DNA of 15,381 nt from an uncultured Eubacteriales bacterium (GCA_964475435.1 CAYYWT010000025.1:1-15381), one strand, 5' to 3'. Counted from the stretch's first letter, positions 1 through 9,097 are shown. A program made the numbers and translations. Notes: a model not told the origin generated them from the letters alone.

Positions 1-83
1 TAATTTGTTCAAACCAAGAATGTAAATACGAAAAAAATATTGATTAAAAAAAGAGGCTATAAAAAACTCGTTTATGATTAGAA

Positions 84-255
84 TAAAGCGTTGTACTTTA
101 CATAGCGAAACAAAAATTGCTTTTTTGTCCCTCTATGTAGAACACATTTTAAAGGTGCCCAGGATGTGAGCGTAAGCTCCGTTCCGTCCTTTAACTTAGC
201 ACTACACTTTCCACAAAAAATATTTTTGTTGAGCGAGGTAAAGTACAACGTTTTA
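84..255 (+). ncRNA. Candidate structured non-coding RNA: long irregular hairpin capped by a GUAA tetraloop (6S-RNA-like rod; alternative reading: palindromic MITE/REP-like element)
   Basis: There is no credible ORF in 1-296. Nested helices read directly from the sequence are: 84-101/238-255 (18 bp incl. G88-U251); 109-117/222-230 (9 bp); 121-128/213-220 (8 bp); 151-154/207-210 plus 155-158/199-202 (4-nt bulge 203-206); 161-166/185-190 (incl. U165-G186); and 168-171/176-179 closed by GUAA (172-175). An extra outer helix pairs 49-66 with 269-287 (bulged A278, G53-U283). A 22-nt unpaired 5' strand (129-150) gives a bubble-like asymmetry. The three wobble pairs are legal only on the + strand. Confidence 0.4.
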
Positions 256-296
256 TGAATTGTGCGATTTTTTTATAAGCCTTTTTTATAATTCAA

Positions 297-1673
297 CTAT
301 ACTATTTTTTTATCATTTATTTTTACTCCCATAGAATTTAATAAATCTCTTATTCTATCAGCCTCAGCCCAGTTCTTACTAGCTCTGGCTATATTTCTTT
401 CTTCTATCAACGCTTTTACTTCATCCGAGTACTCCTCTTCTTCTTTCGGTAAAGCATTAATTTTTTCTATATCTAAATCAAGACCTAAAACTCTATCAAA
501 ATCTTTAATAAGCTCTAAATAATCATTAGACTTTTCTTCTTTTCTAACAACTTCCCATAAAATCGCCAAAGCTTTAGGAGAATTTAAGTCGTCGCTAATG
601 GCTTCATTAAATTGCTTTTTGTAGTTTTCTATTTCTTCTAAATCAATATTACTCTCACCATTCGCATGTTGCTTAATTCCTTCTCTTAGCCTGTTTAACG
701 CTGTTTGAGAAGCCTTTAATGCTTCAAAAGTAAAATTTAATTTACTCTTATAATGAGAATTTAAGCAAAAATATCTATACGCCAAAGGCTCAAATCCTTT
801 TTCTTTTAATTCCTCTATTCGATAGCAATTGCCTAAGCTCTTAGACATTTTACCACCATCAACAGTTAAAAACGCAACATGCATCCACCACTTCGCAGGT
901 ATTTTTCCGGTAGCTCCTTTAGCTTGAGCAATTTCATTTTCATGATGAATCGGAATATGATCTTCTCCACCGGTATGTATATCAAACTCGTCACCTAAAT
1001 ATTTTCTTCCCATCGCCGAACATTCCAAATGCCAACCGGGATAAGAAAGTCCCCATGGACTATCCCATTTCATAATATGATTTTCAGGCGCTTTAATCCA
1101 AATAGCGAAATCAAGAGGACTTTTCTTTTCGTCATCCACAGCGACTCTCGCTCCTGCTAATTGATCCTCTAAACTTATTCCCGATAAGATACCATATGCG
1201 TCTAATTTGCTTATATCAAAGTAAATACCATTACTCGTTTCATATCCATAGCCGTTTTTGACAATTTCTTTTGCATATTCAAGCATATCAGGAATATGCT
1301 CAGTAGCCTTAGCAATAATCTCCGGCTTATCAATATTTAGTCTTTCAAAGTCTTTAAAAAACTCTTCTGTATACATCTTAGCTATCTCAAGAGGCGATTT
1401 TTTTTGCTCACGTGCAGCCTTCTCCATCTTATCTTCGCCCTCATCAGCATCAGATACCAAATGTCCGACATCCGTTATGTTCATAACATGTTTTAAATCA
1501 TAGCCATTATATTTTAACGCACGTCTTAACAAATCCATAAACAAATATGCACGTAAGTTACCAATATGCGCATAACTATATACTGTCGGTCCACAAGAAT
1601 AAATTCTCACCTCATTTCCAATCAAAGGTTTAAATTCTTCTTTTTTTCTCGTTAAAGTATTAAACAATCTCAT
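297..1673 (-). CDS. cysS: Cysteine--tRNA ligase (class I aaRS)
   Basis: 458-aa ORF with the HIGH-type motif (AHIGNLR), a KMSKS motif (GGKMSKSLGN) and the N-terminal SCGPTVY signature. SD GAGAGGG lies upstream of the ATG at 1673. Confidence 0.97.
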   Translation of the reverse strand: MRLFNTLTRKKEEFKPLIGNEVRIYSCGPTVYSYAHIGNLRAYLFMDLLRRALKYNGYDLKHVMNITDVGHLVSDADEGEDKMEKAAREQKKSPLEIAKMYTEEFFKDFERLNIDKPEIIAKATEHIPDMLEYAKEIVKNGYGYETSNGIYFDISKLDAYGILSGISLEDQLAGARVAVDDEKKSPLDFAIWIKAPENHIMKWDSPWGLSYPGWHLECSAMGRKYLGDEFDIHTGGEDHIPIHHENEIAQAKGATGKIPAKWWMHVAFLTVDGGKMSKSLGNCYRIEELKEKGFEPLAYRYFCLNSHYKSKLNFTFEALKASQTALNRLREGIKQHANGESNIDLEEIENYKKQFNEAISDDLNSPKALAILWEVVRKEEKSNDYLELIKDFDRVLGLDLDIEKINALPKEEEEYSDEVKALIEERNIARASKNWAEADRIRDLLNSMGVKINDKKIV

Positions 1674-1720
1674 ATTGGTTCACCCTCTCTTTTATATGAT
1701 TATATTTTTAATGAACCAAT
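1674..1720 (-). promoter_or_regulatory. 5'-UTR hairpin bracketing the cysS Shine-Dalgarno
   Basis: Perfect 9-bp inverted repeat: AUUGGUUCA (mRNA copy of 1712-1720) pairs with UGAACCAAU (1674-1682, the 9 nt immediately before the AUG). The 29-nt loop carries the SD (1683-1689). Confidence 0.3.
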
Positions 1721-1774
1721 TATACTACATATAGTATAAAAATTCCACACAATAAAAAATTTTCCCAAAATTCC

Positions 1775-2101
1775 TTACAAAACTAAAGTTTTTCCCTCTA
1801 ATTCATAGTTTATATTTACGCTTTCCTTTAAATCAACAATAAATTGCTTTACCAAGTATTTATTCTGATTTTCAAAGCATTTGAATCTAATAACTTTCAC
1901 ATTAGCATTAGTCATATCAGCCCATTCTTTCAAATACTTTTCATCCTCTTTTTTTAATCTGCTTATCCTAAAGCTAGTAAATCCCTCTCTTATTTGATTA
2001 ATAGCATGCAATTGAATCTGGTTCATTATACTTTCACGTTTATTACTTTTATCTTCAAAGAAATCGCTAGCTACACTAATTAATTCGTCCCTATATTGCA
2101 C
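1775..2101 (-). CDS. Hypothetical 108-aa protein (no recognisable family)
   Basis: ORF with a GTG start at 2099-2101, preceded by GGGGAGG (2110-2116) at 8-nt spacing. It has its own promoter upstream. There is no signal peptide or TM segment and no motif I recognise. Confidence 0.6.
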   Translation of the reverse strand: MQYRDELISVASDFFEDKSNKRESIMNQIQLHAINQIREGFTSFRISRLKKEDEKYLKEWADMTNANVKVIRFKCFENQNKYLVKQFIVDLKESVNINYELEGKTLVL

Positions 2102-2156
2102 TTTAGGAACCTCCCCGTTAAATTCTTATTCGCTCTCATTAGTATACAACATTAAT

Positions 2157-2185
2157 ATTTTAACATAAATTCAGCCAAAACGCAA
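2157..2185 (-). promoter_or_regulatory. Sigma-A-type promoter for the 108-aa gene and cysS
   Basis: On the minus strand: TTGCGT (2180-2185), a 17-nt spacer, then extended -10 TGtTAAAAT (-10 hexamer 2157-2162). Confidence 0.5.
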
Positions 2186-2248
2186 CCACTTTATGTCAAC
2201 TTTATTACCTTAGCTAAAAATTTCTTTTCAACTATCAAAAAAATCACT

Positions 2249-3877
2249 TTACTCTAAAGCAGCAATAATAGTCTTCTCTACCTTCCTTAACTTTCCTTTC
2301 ATATCTTCAAACTGTTCTTCATCCATTCCGGCTCTTAAATCTTCTTTAATCATCAAGCACATCTCATCAACCTCATCTTTAAGAAGATTAAGCTTTTCAA
2401 GGATTTCAAGACACATAAATCTGTATTTTCTATCCGGAGCTTCTTCGCCAACTTGAGTTGCGTAATCATTTTTAATTTCAAACACATCTCCACGATTAGG
2501 AATAATCGTTCTAATTCCAAAAGTGTCAGTTATAACATCAGAAAATACCTTTTGAGATTCTTCTTCCCCGTGAACAATAAATATAGTCTTAGGTTTAGTT
2601 TTAAACTCGCTAAGCCAATTAATTAAAGCCCTCTGATCCGCATGACCGGAAAATCCTTCAATGTACTCAATTCTAGCTCTTACCGTAATATCTTCGCCGA
2701 AAATTCTAATTTGCTTCTCGCCATCAACCAGTCTTCGACCTAACGTTCCGATAGCTTGGTAACCAACAAATAAAATAGTACTTTTCTCATCCCATAAGTG
2801 ATGTTTTAAATGATGACGAATTCTACCCGCTTCACACATACCACTCGCAGAGATAATAATTGACGGCTCTCTATCTTCATTTATAGCCTTTGATTCCTCA
2901 ACAGTTCTAGACAACCTTAAAGTTGGGAAATCAACCGGATTTTTATTTTCCATAATGTAACGTCTTGCTTGCTCATCGTAACACTCAACATTATCTTTAT
3001 ATATCTCAGTAGCAGAAATCGCAAGCGGGCTGTCTATATAAACAGGCGTTTTTAAAATCTTTTCGTATTTTTCTTTCAAAATATCTTTATTCTGATTTAA
3101 TCCATAAACAATTTCCTGAGTTCTTCCTACCGCAAAGGACGGAATAACTACACGTCCACCATTATCTATCGTTTCATCAACAATATTTACAAATTCCTCA
3201 AATCTATTTTCTCTGGCTTTATGAAGTCTATCTCCGTAAGTAGACTCTAAAACAAGAAAATCAGCCGAATCCACAACTTCGGGATCACGTAAGATAGGAG
3301 TATCCTTATTTCCTAAATCGCCGGAAAATACAGCCTTAGTTTCTACCCCATTTTCCTTAACCCAAATTTCAATTACAGCAGACCCCAACATATGCCCCGC
3401 ATCTCTAAATCTAACCTTTACATCATCATTTACTTGAATAACTTCGTCATATGGGCAAGGTTCAAAAGCCTTCAAACTCTCAACTGCACTCTCAGCCGTA
3501 TAAAGCGGAGGAACAGGATGTTTTCCGGCTCTTATACGCTTCCTGTTAATCCACTCAATTTCCATTTCTTGAATATGACCGCTATCCGGCAACATTATGC
3601 TACACAAATCACAAGTAGCCTTTGTTGCATAAACCTTACCTTTAAATCCGTCATTACACAACTTAGGAATTCTACCCGAATGGTCAATATGTGCGTGAGT
3701 TAAAAACATAAAGTCTATTGTATTCGGAGCAAATGTAAAATCATCAACATTTAACATTACCTCTTTATTTTGACCTTGAAACATACCACAATCAACCAAA
3801 AACTTATACTTACTAGTCGTTACCATAAAACACGATCCGGTAACTGTTTTTGCTGCACCTAAAAAAGATATTTGCAT
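2249..3877 (-). CDS. MBL-fold beta-CASP family nuclease (CPSF73/TTHA0252-like RNA-metabolising metallo-beta-lactamase) with a C-terminal helical extension
   Basis: Carries an HxHxDH motif (THAHIDHSG) and beta-CASP/RMMBL-like C-terminal blocks (GFSGHAD, IVHGE). I place the start at ATG 3877 (MQISFLG...) because AGGGGAG lies 6 nt upstream. The track start at 3895 has no SD. Confidence 0.9.
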   Translation of the reverse strand: MQISFLGAAKTVTGSCFMVTTSKYKFLVDCGMFQGQNKEVMLNVDDFTFAPNTIDFMFLTHAHIDHSGRIPKLCNDGFKGKVYATKATCDLCSIMLPDSGHIQEMEIEWINRKRIRAGKHPVPPLYTAESAVESLKAFEPCPYDEVIQVNDDVKVRFRDAGHMLGSAVIEIWVKENGVETKAVFSGDLGNKDTPILRDPEVVDSADFLVLESTYGDRLHKARENRFEEFVNIVDETIDNGGRVVIPSFAVGRTQEIVYGLNQNKDILKEKYEKILKTPVYIDSPLAISATEIYKDNVECYDEQARRYIMENKNPVDFPTLRLSRTVEESKAINEDREPSIIISASGMCEAGRIRHHLKHHLWDEKSTILFVGYQAIGTLGRRLVDGEKQIRIFGEDITVRARIEYIEGFSGHADQRALINWLSEFKTKPKTIFIVHGEEESQKVFSDVITDTFGIRTIIPNRGDVFEIKNDYATQVGEEAPDRKYRFMCLEILEKLNLLKDEVDEMCLMIKEDLRAGMDEEQFEDMKGKLRKVEKTIIAALE

Positions 3878-3912
3878 ACACTTCTCCCCTTTCATAAGCT
3901 TATATAATCTAA

Positions 3913-4371
3913 TTATTTATTTCTATCTAACAACTTTTGTAATTCATCAACAAAGCTGTTTATATCCTTAAACTGCCTATAAACAGATGCAAACCTTACA
4001 TACGCAACATCATCCAATTCTTTTAATGCATCCATAACCAATTCGCCGATTTCAAATGAAGTTATTTCTTTAACCATTTTATTACGAATCTGTAATTCGA
4101 TAGAATTAACAGCTTTCTCCATTTGATCAACAGTAACAGGTCTTTTCTCACAAGCTCTTATTATTCCGTTCATAACCTTCGTTCTATCAAAAGACTGACG
4201 GCTTCCATCCTTTTTTATAACAATTAATGATACATCTTCAACTCTCTCATATGTAGTAAACTTTCTACCACAACTAATACATTCTCGCCTACGTCGTATA
4301 CTCATTCCATTATCCGCAGGTCTTGAATCTATAACTTTACTTTCCGGCACATAGCAAAACGGACATTTCAT
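3913..4371 (-). CDS. nrdR: Transcriptional repressor NrdR (Zn-ribbon + ATP-cone)
   Basis: MKCPFC...[12 protein letters not shown] Zn-ribbon followed by an ATP-cone. The 152-aa length is typical. Confidence 0.95.
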   Translation of the reverse strand: MKCPFCYVPESKVIDSRPADNGMSIRRRRECISCGRKFTTYERVEDVSLIVIKKDGSRQSFDRTKVMNGIIRACEKRPVTVDQMEKAVNSIELQIRNKMVKEITSFEIGELVMDALKELDDVAYVRFASVYRQFKDINSFVDELQKLLDRNK

Positions 4372-4382
4372 ATACTTCCCCC

Positions 4383-5684
4383 TTAACTAACAACTTTAGC
4401 AATCAATTTCTCTTTTTTAATTTCATTATTTTCATATGCATACGCACTATCCAACAAATCCATAACCTCGCTTACTCTATCCTCATTATTTACATATAAA
4501 GTAAGTAACGATTCTCCTTCATTTACAAACTCTCCAACTTTTTTTCTTAAAACAATTCCAACGCCATAATCTATATTGTCAGTCTTTTTAGCTCTTCCTC
4601 CGCCTAACATCATAGACGCAATTCCAAGTTTTTCAGCTTCAATTTTGGAAATGTATCCACTTTTTTTAGCAACATAGTCTTTAAGAACTTTCGCCCCCGG
4701 AAGTAAAGAAACATCTTCAATGGTATTAATATCTCCACCTTGAGCGAAAATAAACTCTTTAAACTTATCAAACGCCTTACCATTATTAAGTAACTCTTTT
4801 AATTTAACTTTAAGTTCGTCTATCTCTCCACATTTCGCTAAATATAACATATTCGCAGCCAACTCAATACATACGTCTTCTAAATCTTTAGGACCTCTAC
4901 CATTTAAAGTATCAATCGCCTCTTTAACTTCAAGCGCATTACCAATCGCAAATCCCAAAGGCTCATTCATATTAGAAATTACAGCAATAGTCTTTCTATT
5001 AACCATATCGCCAATATCCACCATAGTTCTAGCTAACTTTTCAGCATCTTCTATTGTTTTCATAAAAGCACCGTCGCCATATTTAACATCCAAAACAATA
5101 GCATCAGCACCACCCGCTATTTTTTTGCTCATTATACTACTCGCAATAAGCGGAATACAGCTAACCGTAGCAGTAACATCACGCAAAGCATATAGTTTCT
5201 TATCAGCAGGCGCTAAATCTCCGGTTTGACCAACAACCGAAATTCTTATTTTATTTACATTCTCAATAAATTTTTCAATGGGAAGAGAAATATTAAACCC
5301 GGGAATAGACTCTAATTTATCTACAGTTCCTCCGGTATGACCAAGACCTCTTCCCGACATCTTCGCAACCGGCACATCAAAACAAGCAACTAACGGCCCA
5401 ACAATAAGAGTAGTTTTATCTCCAACCCCTCCGGTACTATGTTTATCAACTTTTATACCGTTTATACCGGATAAATCGGCAATATCTCCGGAATGAGCCA
5501 TAGCCATAGTTAAATTAGAAATCTCATTAGCATTCATACCATTTAAATAAATCGCCATAAGTAACGCAGTAATCTGGTAATCTTCGATAGTTCCGTCAAC
5601 CGTCCCCTTTACAAAAAAATCAATTTCCTCTTTAGAAAGTTCGCCTTTATCACGTTTTTTAGCAATAATATCATATATTCTCAT
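4383..5684 (-). CDS. pdp: Pyrimidine-nucleoside (thymidine) phosphorylase
   Basis: 433 aa with strong family blocks: [12 protein letters not shown] and [19 protein letters not shown]. Length and N-terminus resemble Firmicute Pdp. Confidence 0.95.
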   Translation of the reverse strand: MRIYDIIAKKRDKGELSKEEIDFFVKGTVDGTIEDYQITALLMAIYLNGMNANEISNLTMAMAHSGDIADLSGINGIKVDKHSTGGVGDKTTLIVGPLVACFDVPVAKMSGRGLGHTGGTVDKLESIPGFNISLPIEKFIENVNKIRISVVGQTGDLAPADKKLYALRDVTATVSCIPLIASSIMSKKIAGGADAIVLDVKYGDGAFMKTIEDAEKLARTMVDIGDMVNRKTIAVISNMNEPLGFAIGNALEVKEAIDTLNGRGPKDLEDVCIELAANMLYLAKCGEIDELKVKLKELLNNGKAFDKFKEFIFAQGGDINTIEDVSLLPGAKVLKDYVAKKSGYISKIEAEKLGIASMMLGGGRAKKTDNIDYGVGIVLRKKVGEFVNEGESLLTLYVNNEDRVSEVMDLLDSAYAYENNEIKKEKLIAKVVS

Positions 5685-5696
5685 TATTCATCGCCC

Positions 5697-6068
5697 CTAT
5701 AACACGTTTTTTATTAAATTTATTTTTTCAGTTATAAAATTATTATCGGCATATTTTGCAAAAACCTCAACAACATCAAACCTAGCTATAAAATTTCCCA
5801 TACGTTTATAATCTATGTAATTCCTGGCAGTAAGCTCTAAATGCTTTTTCTTCCAATAGTTAACCGCATTTTGCGGATGACCGTATTTATCATTAGTTCG
5901 CGTTTTTACTTCAACAAAAACCAAACAATTCCCATCTAAAGCAACTATATCTATTTCTCCAAACCTACAAGAATAATTCATAGTTAAAATCTTATACCCG
6001 TTTTTTATCAAATAATCTCTCGCAACTTTCTCTCCAAAATTACCAATAAATTTATTATATTTCTCCAT
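5697..6068 (-). CDS. yraN: YraN family (UPF0102) predicted endonuclease
   Basis: 123 aa with a GE.D.VA ... VFVEVK.R PD-(D/E)xK-like core typical of YraN. Confidence 0.88.
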   Translation of the reverse strand: MEKYNKFIGNFGEKVARDYLIKNGYKILTMNYSCRFGEIDIVALDGNCLVFVEVKTRTNDKYGHPQNAVNYWKKKHLELTARNYIDYKRMGNFIARFDVVEVFAKYADNNFITEKINLIKNVL

Positions 6069-6070
6069 AA

Positions 6071-6373
6071 TTAAACCCTAACGTCAAACTTTTTTTCACC
6101 TTGACCTTTTTCCTTAATATACTTAAGTTTTATAAAATCATCAGTTCGTTCCGTAATTTCAAACAAAACAATATCCCCTATACCCGCTGAAATTCTTTCC
6201 TCAAGCCTTGCTTCTAATATAACGCCGTCATCTAACTCCAATTCAACTTTTCCATCTCTAGAAATATTTTTAATCCTTGAATGAAACTTTTTACCTTTTC
6301 TAAATCTATCATTTTGTTTATCAGGATCAACAGCGTGAATATAATTTAATCTGTTAACTTCGTTTATATTCAT
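6071..6373 (-). CDS. Hypothetical ~100-aa protein, first gene of the yraN operon
   Basis: The ORF is 2 nt upstream of yraN. The best start is ATG 6373 (MNINEV...), 9 nt after GGAGAGG (6383-6389). The track start at 6391 has no SD. No family recognised. Confidence 0.6.
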   Translation of the reverse strand: MNINEVNRLNYIHAVDPDKQNDRFRKGKKFHSRIKNISRDGKVELELDDGVILEARLEERISAGIGDIVLFEITERTDDFIKLKYIKEKGQGEKKFDVRV

Positions 6374-6544
6374 ATGCATCATCCTCTCCATATAATTTTA
6401 TGATACACTTTTTTAAACTACTAGTCAAATCACAATATTTTATTAAATCAAAATATCTAATCAGTTAAAATTTCACTTTCAGTATCAATATTTTACACAT
6501 TTTTACGATATACTAATAGAAAATATAGAGAGGAGATAAAAAAT

Positions 6545-8644
6545 ATGGATTACACAATTCTTGCGCCGATAGGATCCGGCGTAGCTTTATTTTTTGCACT
6601 TTTTTTAGCAATTCGTGTTCTACATGCACCTCGTGGTAACGAAACAATGCAAAAAATTTCTGATTCTATTAAAGATGGTGCAAATGCTTATTTAAAAAGA
6701 CAATATGGTGTTGTTGGAATTTTCTTTGCAATAATGACTGTTATTTTAGGAATTATGGCATATTTCGGATTTGTTACGCCGTTTACGCCAATTGCATTTT
6801 TAACAGGTGGATTTTTCTCCGGCTTATCCGGATTTATAGGAATGAAAATTGCGACTGCTGCTAACTGCCGTACCGCTAACGCTTCTATAAAGAGTTTAAA
6901 CAGCGGACTTAGAATTGCTTTTTCTGCCGGCGGAGTAATGGGATTTACAGTTGTTGGACTAGGCTTATTAGATATTTCTATTTGGTACTTTTTCTTGAAA
7001 TTTTGGTATTCAAACCCGGACCTAGCTTTAACAAGTGCTGAACAAATCCAAAAAATAACTTCTGCAATGCTTACTTTTGGTATGGGTGCTTCTTCTATGG
7101 CTCTATTTGCAAGAGTTGGAGGAGGAATATTTACAAAAGCTGCCGATGTCGGTGCGGATTTAGTAGGAAAAGTAGAAATCGGAATTCCTGAAGATGATCA
7201 TAGAAATCCAGCAACAATTGCGGATAACGTAGGAGATAATGTCGGAGATGTAGCCGGAATGGGTGCTGACCTTTATGAATCATACGTTGGTTCAATCGTT
7301 TCTACGTCAGCTCTTGCTGTTGCTGCCGGATATGGATTTCAAGGTGTTTCAATTCCGATGATAATGGCGGCAATTGGGATATTTGCTTCAATAATCGGTA
7401 CATTTTTCGTAAAAACAAAAGAAAATGCTGATCAAAAATATTTGCTATCCGCTCTTAGAAAAGGTACTTTACTTAGCGGATTAATAATAGCAATCGCAAC
7501 ATATTTTTTAGTTGTAAATATACTCGGACCTGAAAAAATCGGTGTATATTTTTCAGTAATTACAGGACTTATTGCTGGAATACTTATTGGAACATCTACT
7601 GAGTACTATACTTCAGATACTTATAAACCTACTCAAAAACTCGCTTCGACTTCAGAAACAGGTTCCGCAACTATCATAATTGGAGGACTTTCTTTAGGAA
7701 TGGTATCTACTGCTTTGCCGGTTTTAATAATATCTGTAGCTATTTTGATAAGCTTTTGGGTTGCAGGTGGATTTACAAATTATAATTTTGGGCTTTACGG
7801 TATAGGACTTTCGGCAGTTGGTATGTTATCTACATTAGGTATAACCTTAGCAACTGACGCATACGGTCCGGTTGCGGATAACGCAGGCGGTATTGCGCAA
7901 ATGTCCGGATTAGACGAAGAAGTAAGAAAAAGAACTGACGCCCTAGATTCCTTAGGAAACACAACAGCAGCGACAGGAAAAGGCTTTGCGATAGGTTCTG
8001 CTGCTCTTACAGCTCTTGCTTTACTTTCTTCATATATTGAAGAAATAAAAATTATAGATCCTACTTTTGAATTTGATTTAAGACTTACAAACCCAATTGT
8101 ATTAATTGGATTATTTATTGGTGGAATGTTATCGTTCCTATTTGCATCAAGAACTATGGAGGCTGTCGGTCGTGCCGCTCAAAGCGTAGTTGTTGAAGTA
8201 AGAAGACAATTTAGAGAAATTAAAGGAATTATGGACGGAACTGCCGAACCGGACTACGCAAGATGTGTAAAACTTTGTACAAAAGCTGCACAAAAAGAAA
8301 TGATTTTTCCGGCAGTGATAGCTATTACAGCTCCTATCCTAACCGGATTAATTCTAGGCGTAAACGGAGTTACCGGAATGCTTGCCGGAGCAACTGTCAC
8401 AGGCTTTATTCTTGCGATAATGATGGCTAATTCAGGTGGTGCTTGGGATAATGCTAAGAAATATATTGAAGCTGGAAATTACGGTGGAAAAGGCTCGGAG
8501 CAACATAAATCAGCCGTTGTCGGAGATACAGTAGGTGATCCGTTTAAGGATACTGCCGGTCCTTCCATAAATATTTTGATTAAGCTATTATCAATGGTCT
8601 CTATTGTATTTGCAAGTTTAATTATGACATTTTCTATTTTGTAA
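6545..8644 (+). CDS. hppA: Membrane-bound ion-translocating pyrophosphatase (K+-dependent subtype by motif)
   Basis: 699-aa polytopic protein with the canonical blocks [27 protein letters not shown] and [19 protein letters not shown] lies upstream of ATG 6545. Confidence 0.97.
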   Translation: MDYTILAPIGSGVALFFALFLAIRVLHAPRGNETMQKISDSIKDGANAYLKRQYGVVGIFFAIMTVILGIMAYFGFVTPFTPIAFLTGGFFSGLSGFIGMKIATAANCRTANASIKSLNSGLRIAFSAGGVMGFTVVGLGLLDISIWYFFLKFWYSNPDLALTSAEQIQKITSAMLTFGMGASSMALFARVGGGIFTKAADVGADLVGKVEIGIPEDDHRNPATIADNVGDNVGDVAGMGADLYESYVGSIVSTSALAVAAGYGFQGVSIPMIMAAIGIFASIIGTFFVKTKENADQKYLLSALRKGTLLSGLIIAIATYFLVVNILGPEKIGVYFSVITGLIAGILIGTSTEYYTSDTYKPTQKLASTSETGSATIIIGGLSLGMVSTALPVLIISVAILISFWVAGGFTNYNFGLYGIGLSAVGMLSTLGITLATDAYGPVADNAGGIAQMSGLDEEVRKRTDALDSLGNTTAATGKGFAIGSAALTALALLSSYIEEIKIIDPTFEFDLRLTNPIVLIGLFIGGMLSFLFASRTMEAVGRAAQSVVVEVRRQFREIKGIMDGTAEPDYARCVKLCTKAAQKEMIFPAVIAITAPILTGLILGVNGVTGMLAGATVTGFILAIMMANSGGAWDNAKKYIEAGNYGGKGSEQHKSAVVGDTVGDPFKDTAGPSINILIKLLSMVSIVFASLIMTFSIL

Positions 8645-8670
8645 CTTAAATTATATTTTTCTACAAAAAC

Positions 8671-8701
8671 AAAAGCCACAACCTTAAAAGTTGTGACTTT
8701 T
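8671..8701. terminator. Bidirectional intrinsic terminator between convergent hppA and rplL
   Basis: AAAAGCCACAAC (8671-8682) and GTTGTGACTTTT (8690-8701) form an 8-bp GC-containing stem flanked by A-run/T-run on both strands. The single mismatch becomes a G-U pair on the minus strand. Confidence 0.7.
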
Positions 8702-8722
8702 TGTTTACAAATTAAGTATATC

Positions 8723-9097
8723 TTACTTTAATTCTACTGTAGCACCAGCTTCTGTAAGCTTAGCCTTAATAGATTCAGCTTCTTCCTTAGAAGCGCCTTC
8801 TTTAACATTCTTAGGAGCTCCGTCAACCATTTCCTTAGCTTCCTTTAATCCTAATCCTGTGATTTCTCTAACAACCTTGATAACACCAATCTTGTTAGCA
8901 CCAGCATCTTTTAATACTACTGTAAATTCAGTTTGTTCAGCACCAGCTGCTGCACCAGCAACTGCTGCACCAGCAGCTGCTACTGGAGCTGCTGCTGTTA
9001 CTCCGAATTCTTCTTCTAAAGCTTTTACTAATTCGTTTAATTCTAATACTGTAAGAGCCTTTACTTCTTCCATAACCTTTTCAATCTTTTCACTCAT
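8723..9097 (-). CDS. rplL: 50S ribosomal protein L7/L12
   Basis: MSEKIEKV... with an Ala-rich hinge and C-terminal KEAKE...GA..VELK. The ATG at 9097 is preceded by GGAGG (9106-9110) at 8 nt. The track start at 9121 is over-extended. Confidence 0.97.
   Translation of the reverse strand: MSEKIEKVMEEVKALTVLELNELVKALEEEFGVTAAAPVAAAGAAVAGAAAGAEQTEFTVVLKDAGANKIGVIKVVREITGLGLKEAKEMVDGAPKNVKEGASKEEAESIKAKLTEAGATVELK

Noticed and set aside
74-169. 31-codon + strand ORF (MIRIKRCTLHSETKIAFLSLYVEHILKVPRM) inside the structured region.
   Set aside because: It has no Shine-Dalgarno (AAAAAACTCGTTT precedes the ATG). The ORF runs through the paired arms of the hairpin. Its composition is unremarkable.
84-255. 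SRP (4.5S/scRNA) RNA, tmRNA, RNase P RNA or a riboswitch as the identity of the structured region.
   Set aside because: The GNRA-capped helix lacks the SRP domain IV signature (AGCAGC-type 3' strand right after the tetraloop). There is no tRNA-like end. The size is wrong for RNase P or tmRNA. I found no riboswitch core motif (SAM, TPP, FMN, purine, glycine, lysine, c-di-GMP, guanidine) on either strand, and there is no downstream + strand gene.
1674-1774. T-box riboswitch upstream of cysS.
   Set aside because: The spacer is only ~100 nt. There is no T-box consensus (no GGUGGUACCGCG-like element), no specifier-loop architecture and no terminator/antiterminator pair.
8935-9005. Short GCACCAGC/GCTGCTGC repeats that look like a microsatellite or low-complexity repeat.
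   Set aside because: They encode the Ala/Gly/Val-rich flexible hinge of L7/L12 ([19 protein letters not shown]), an expected feature of rplL.
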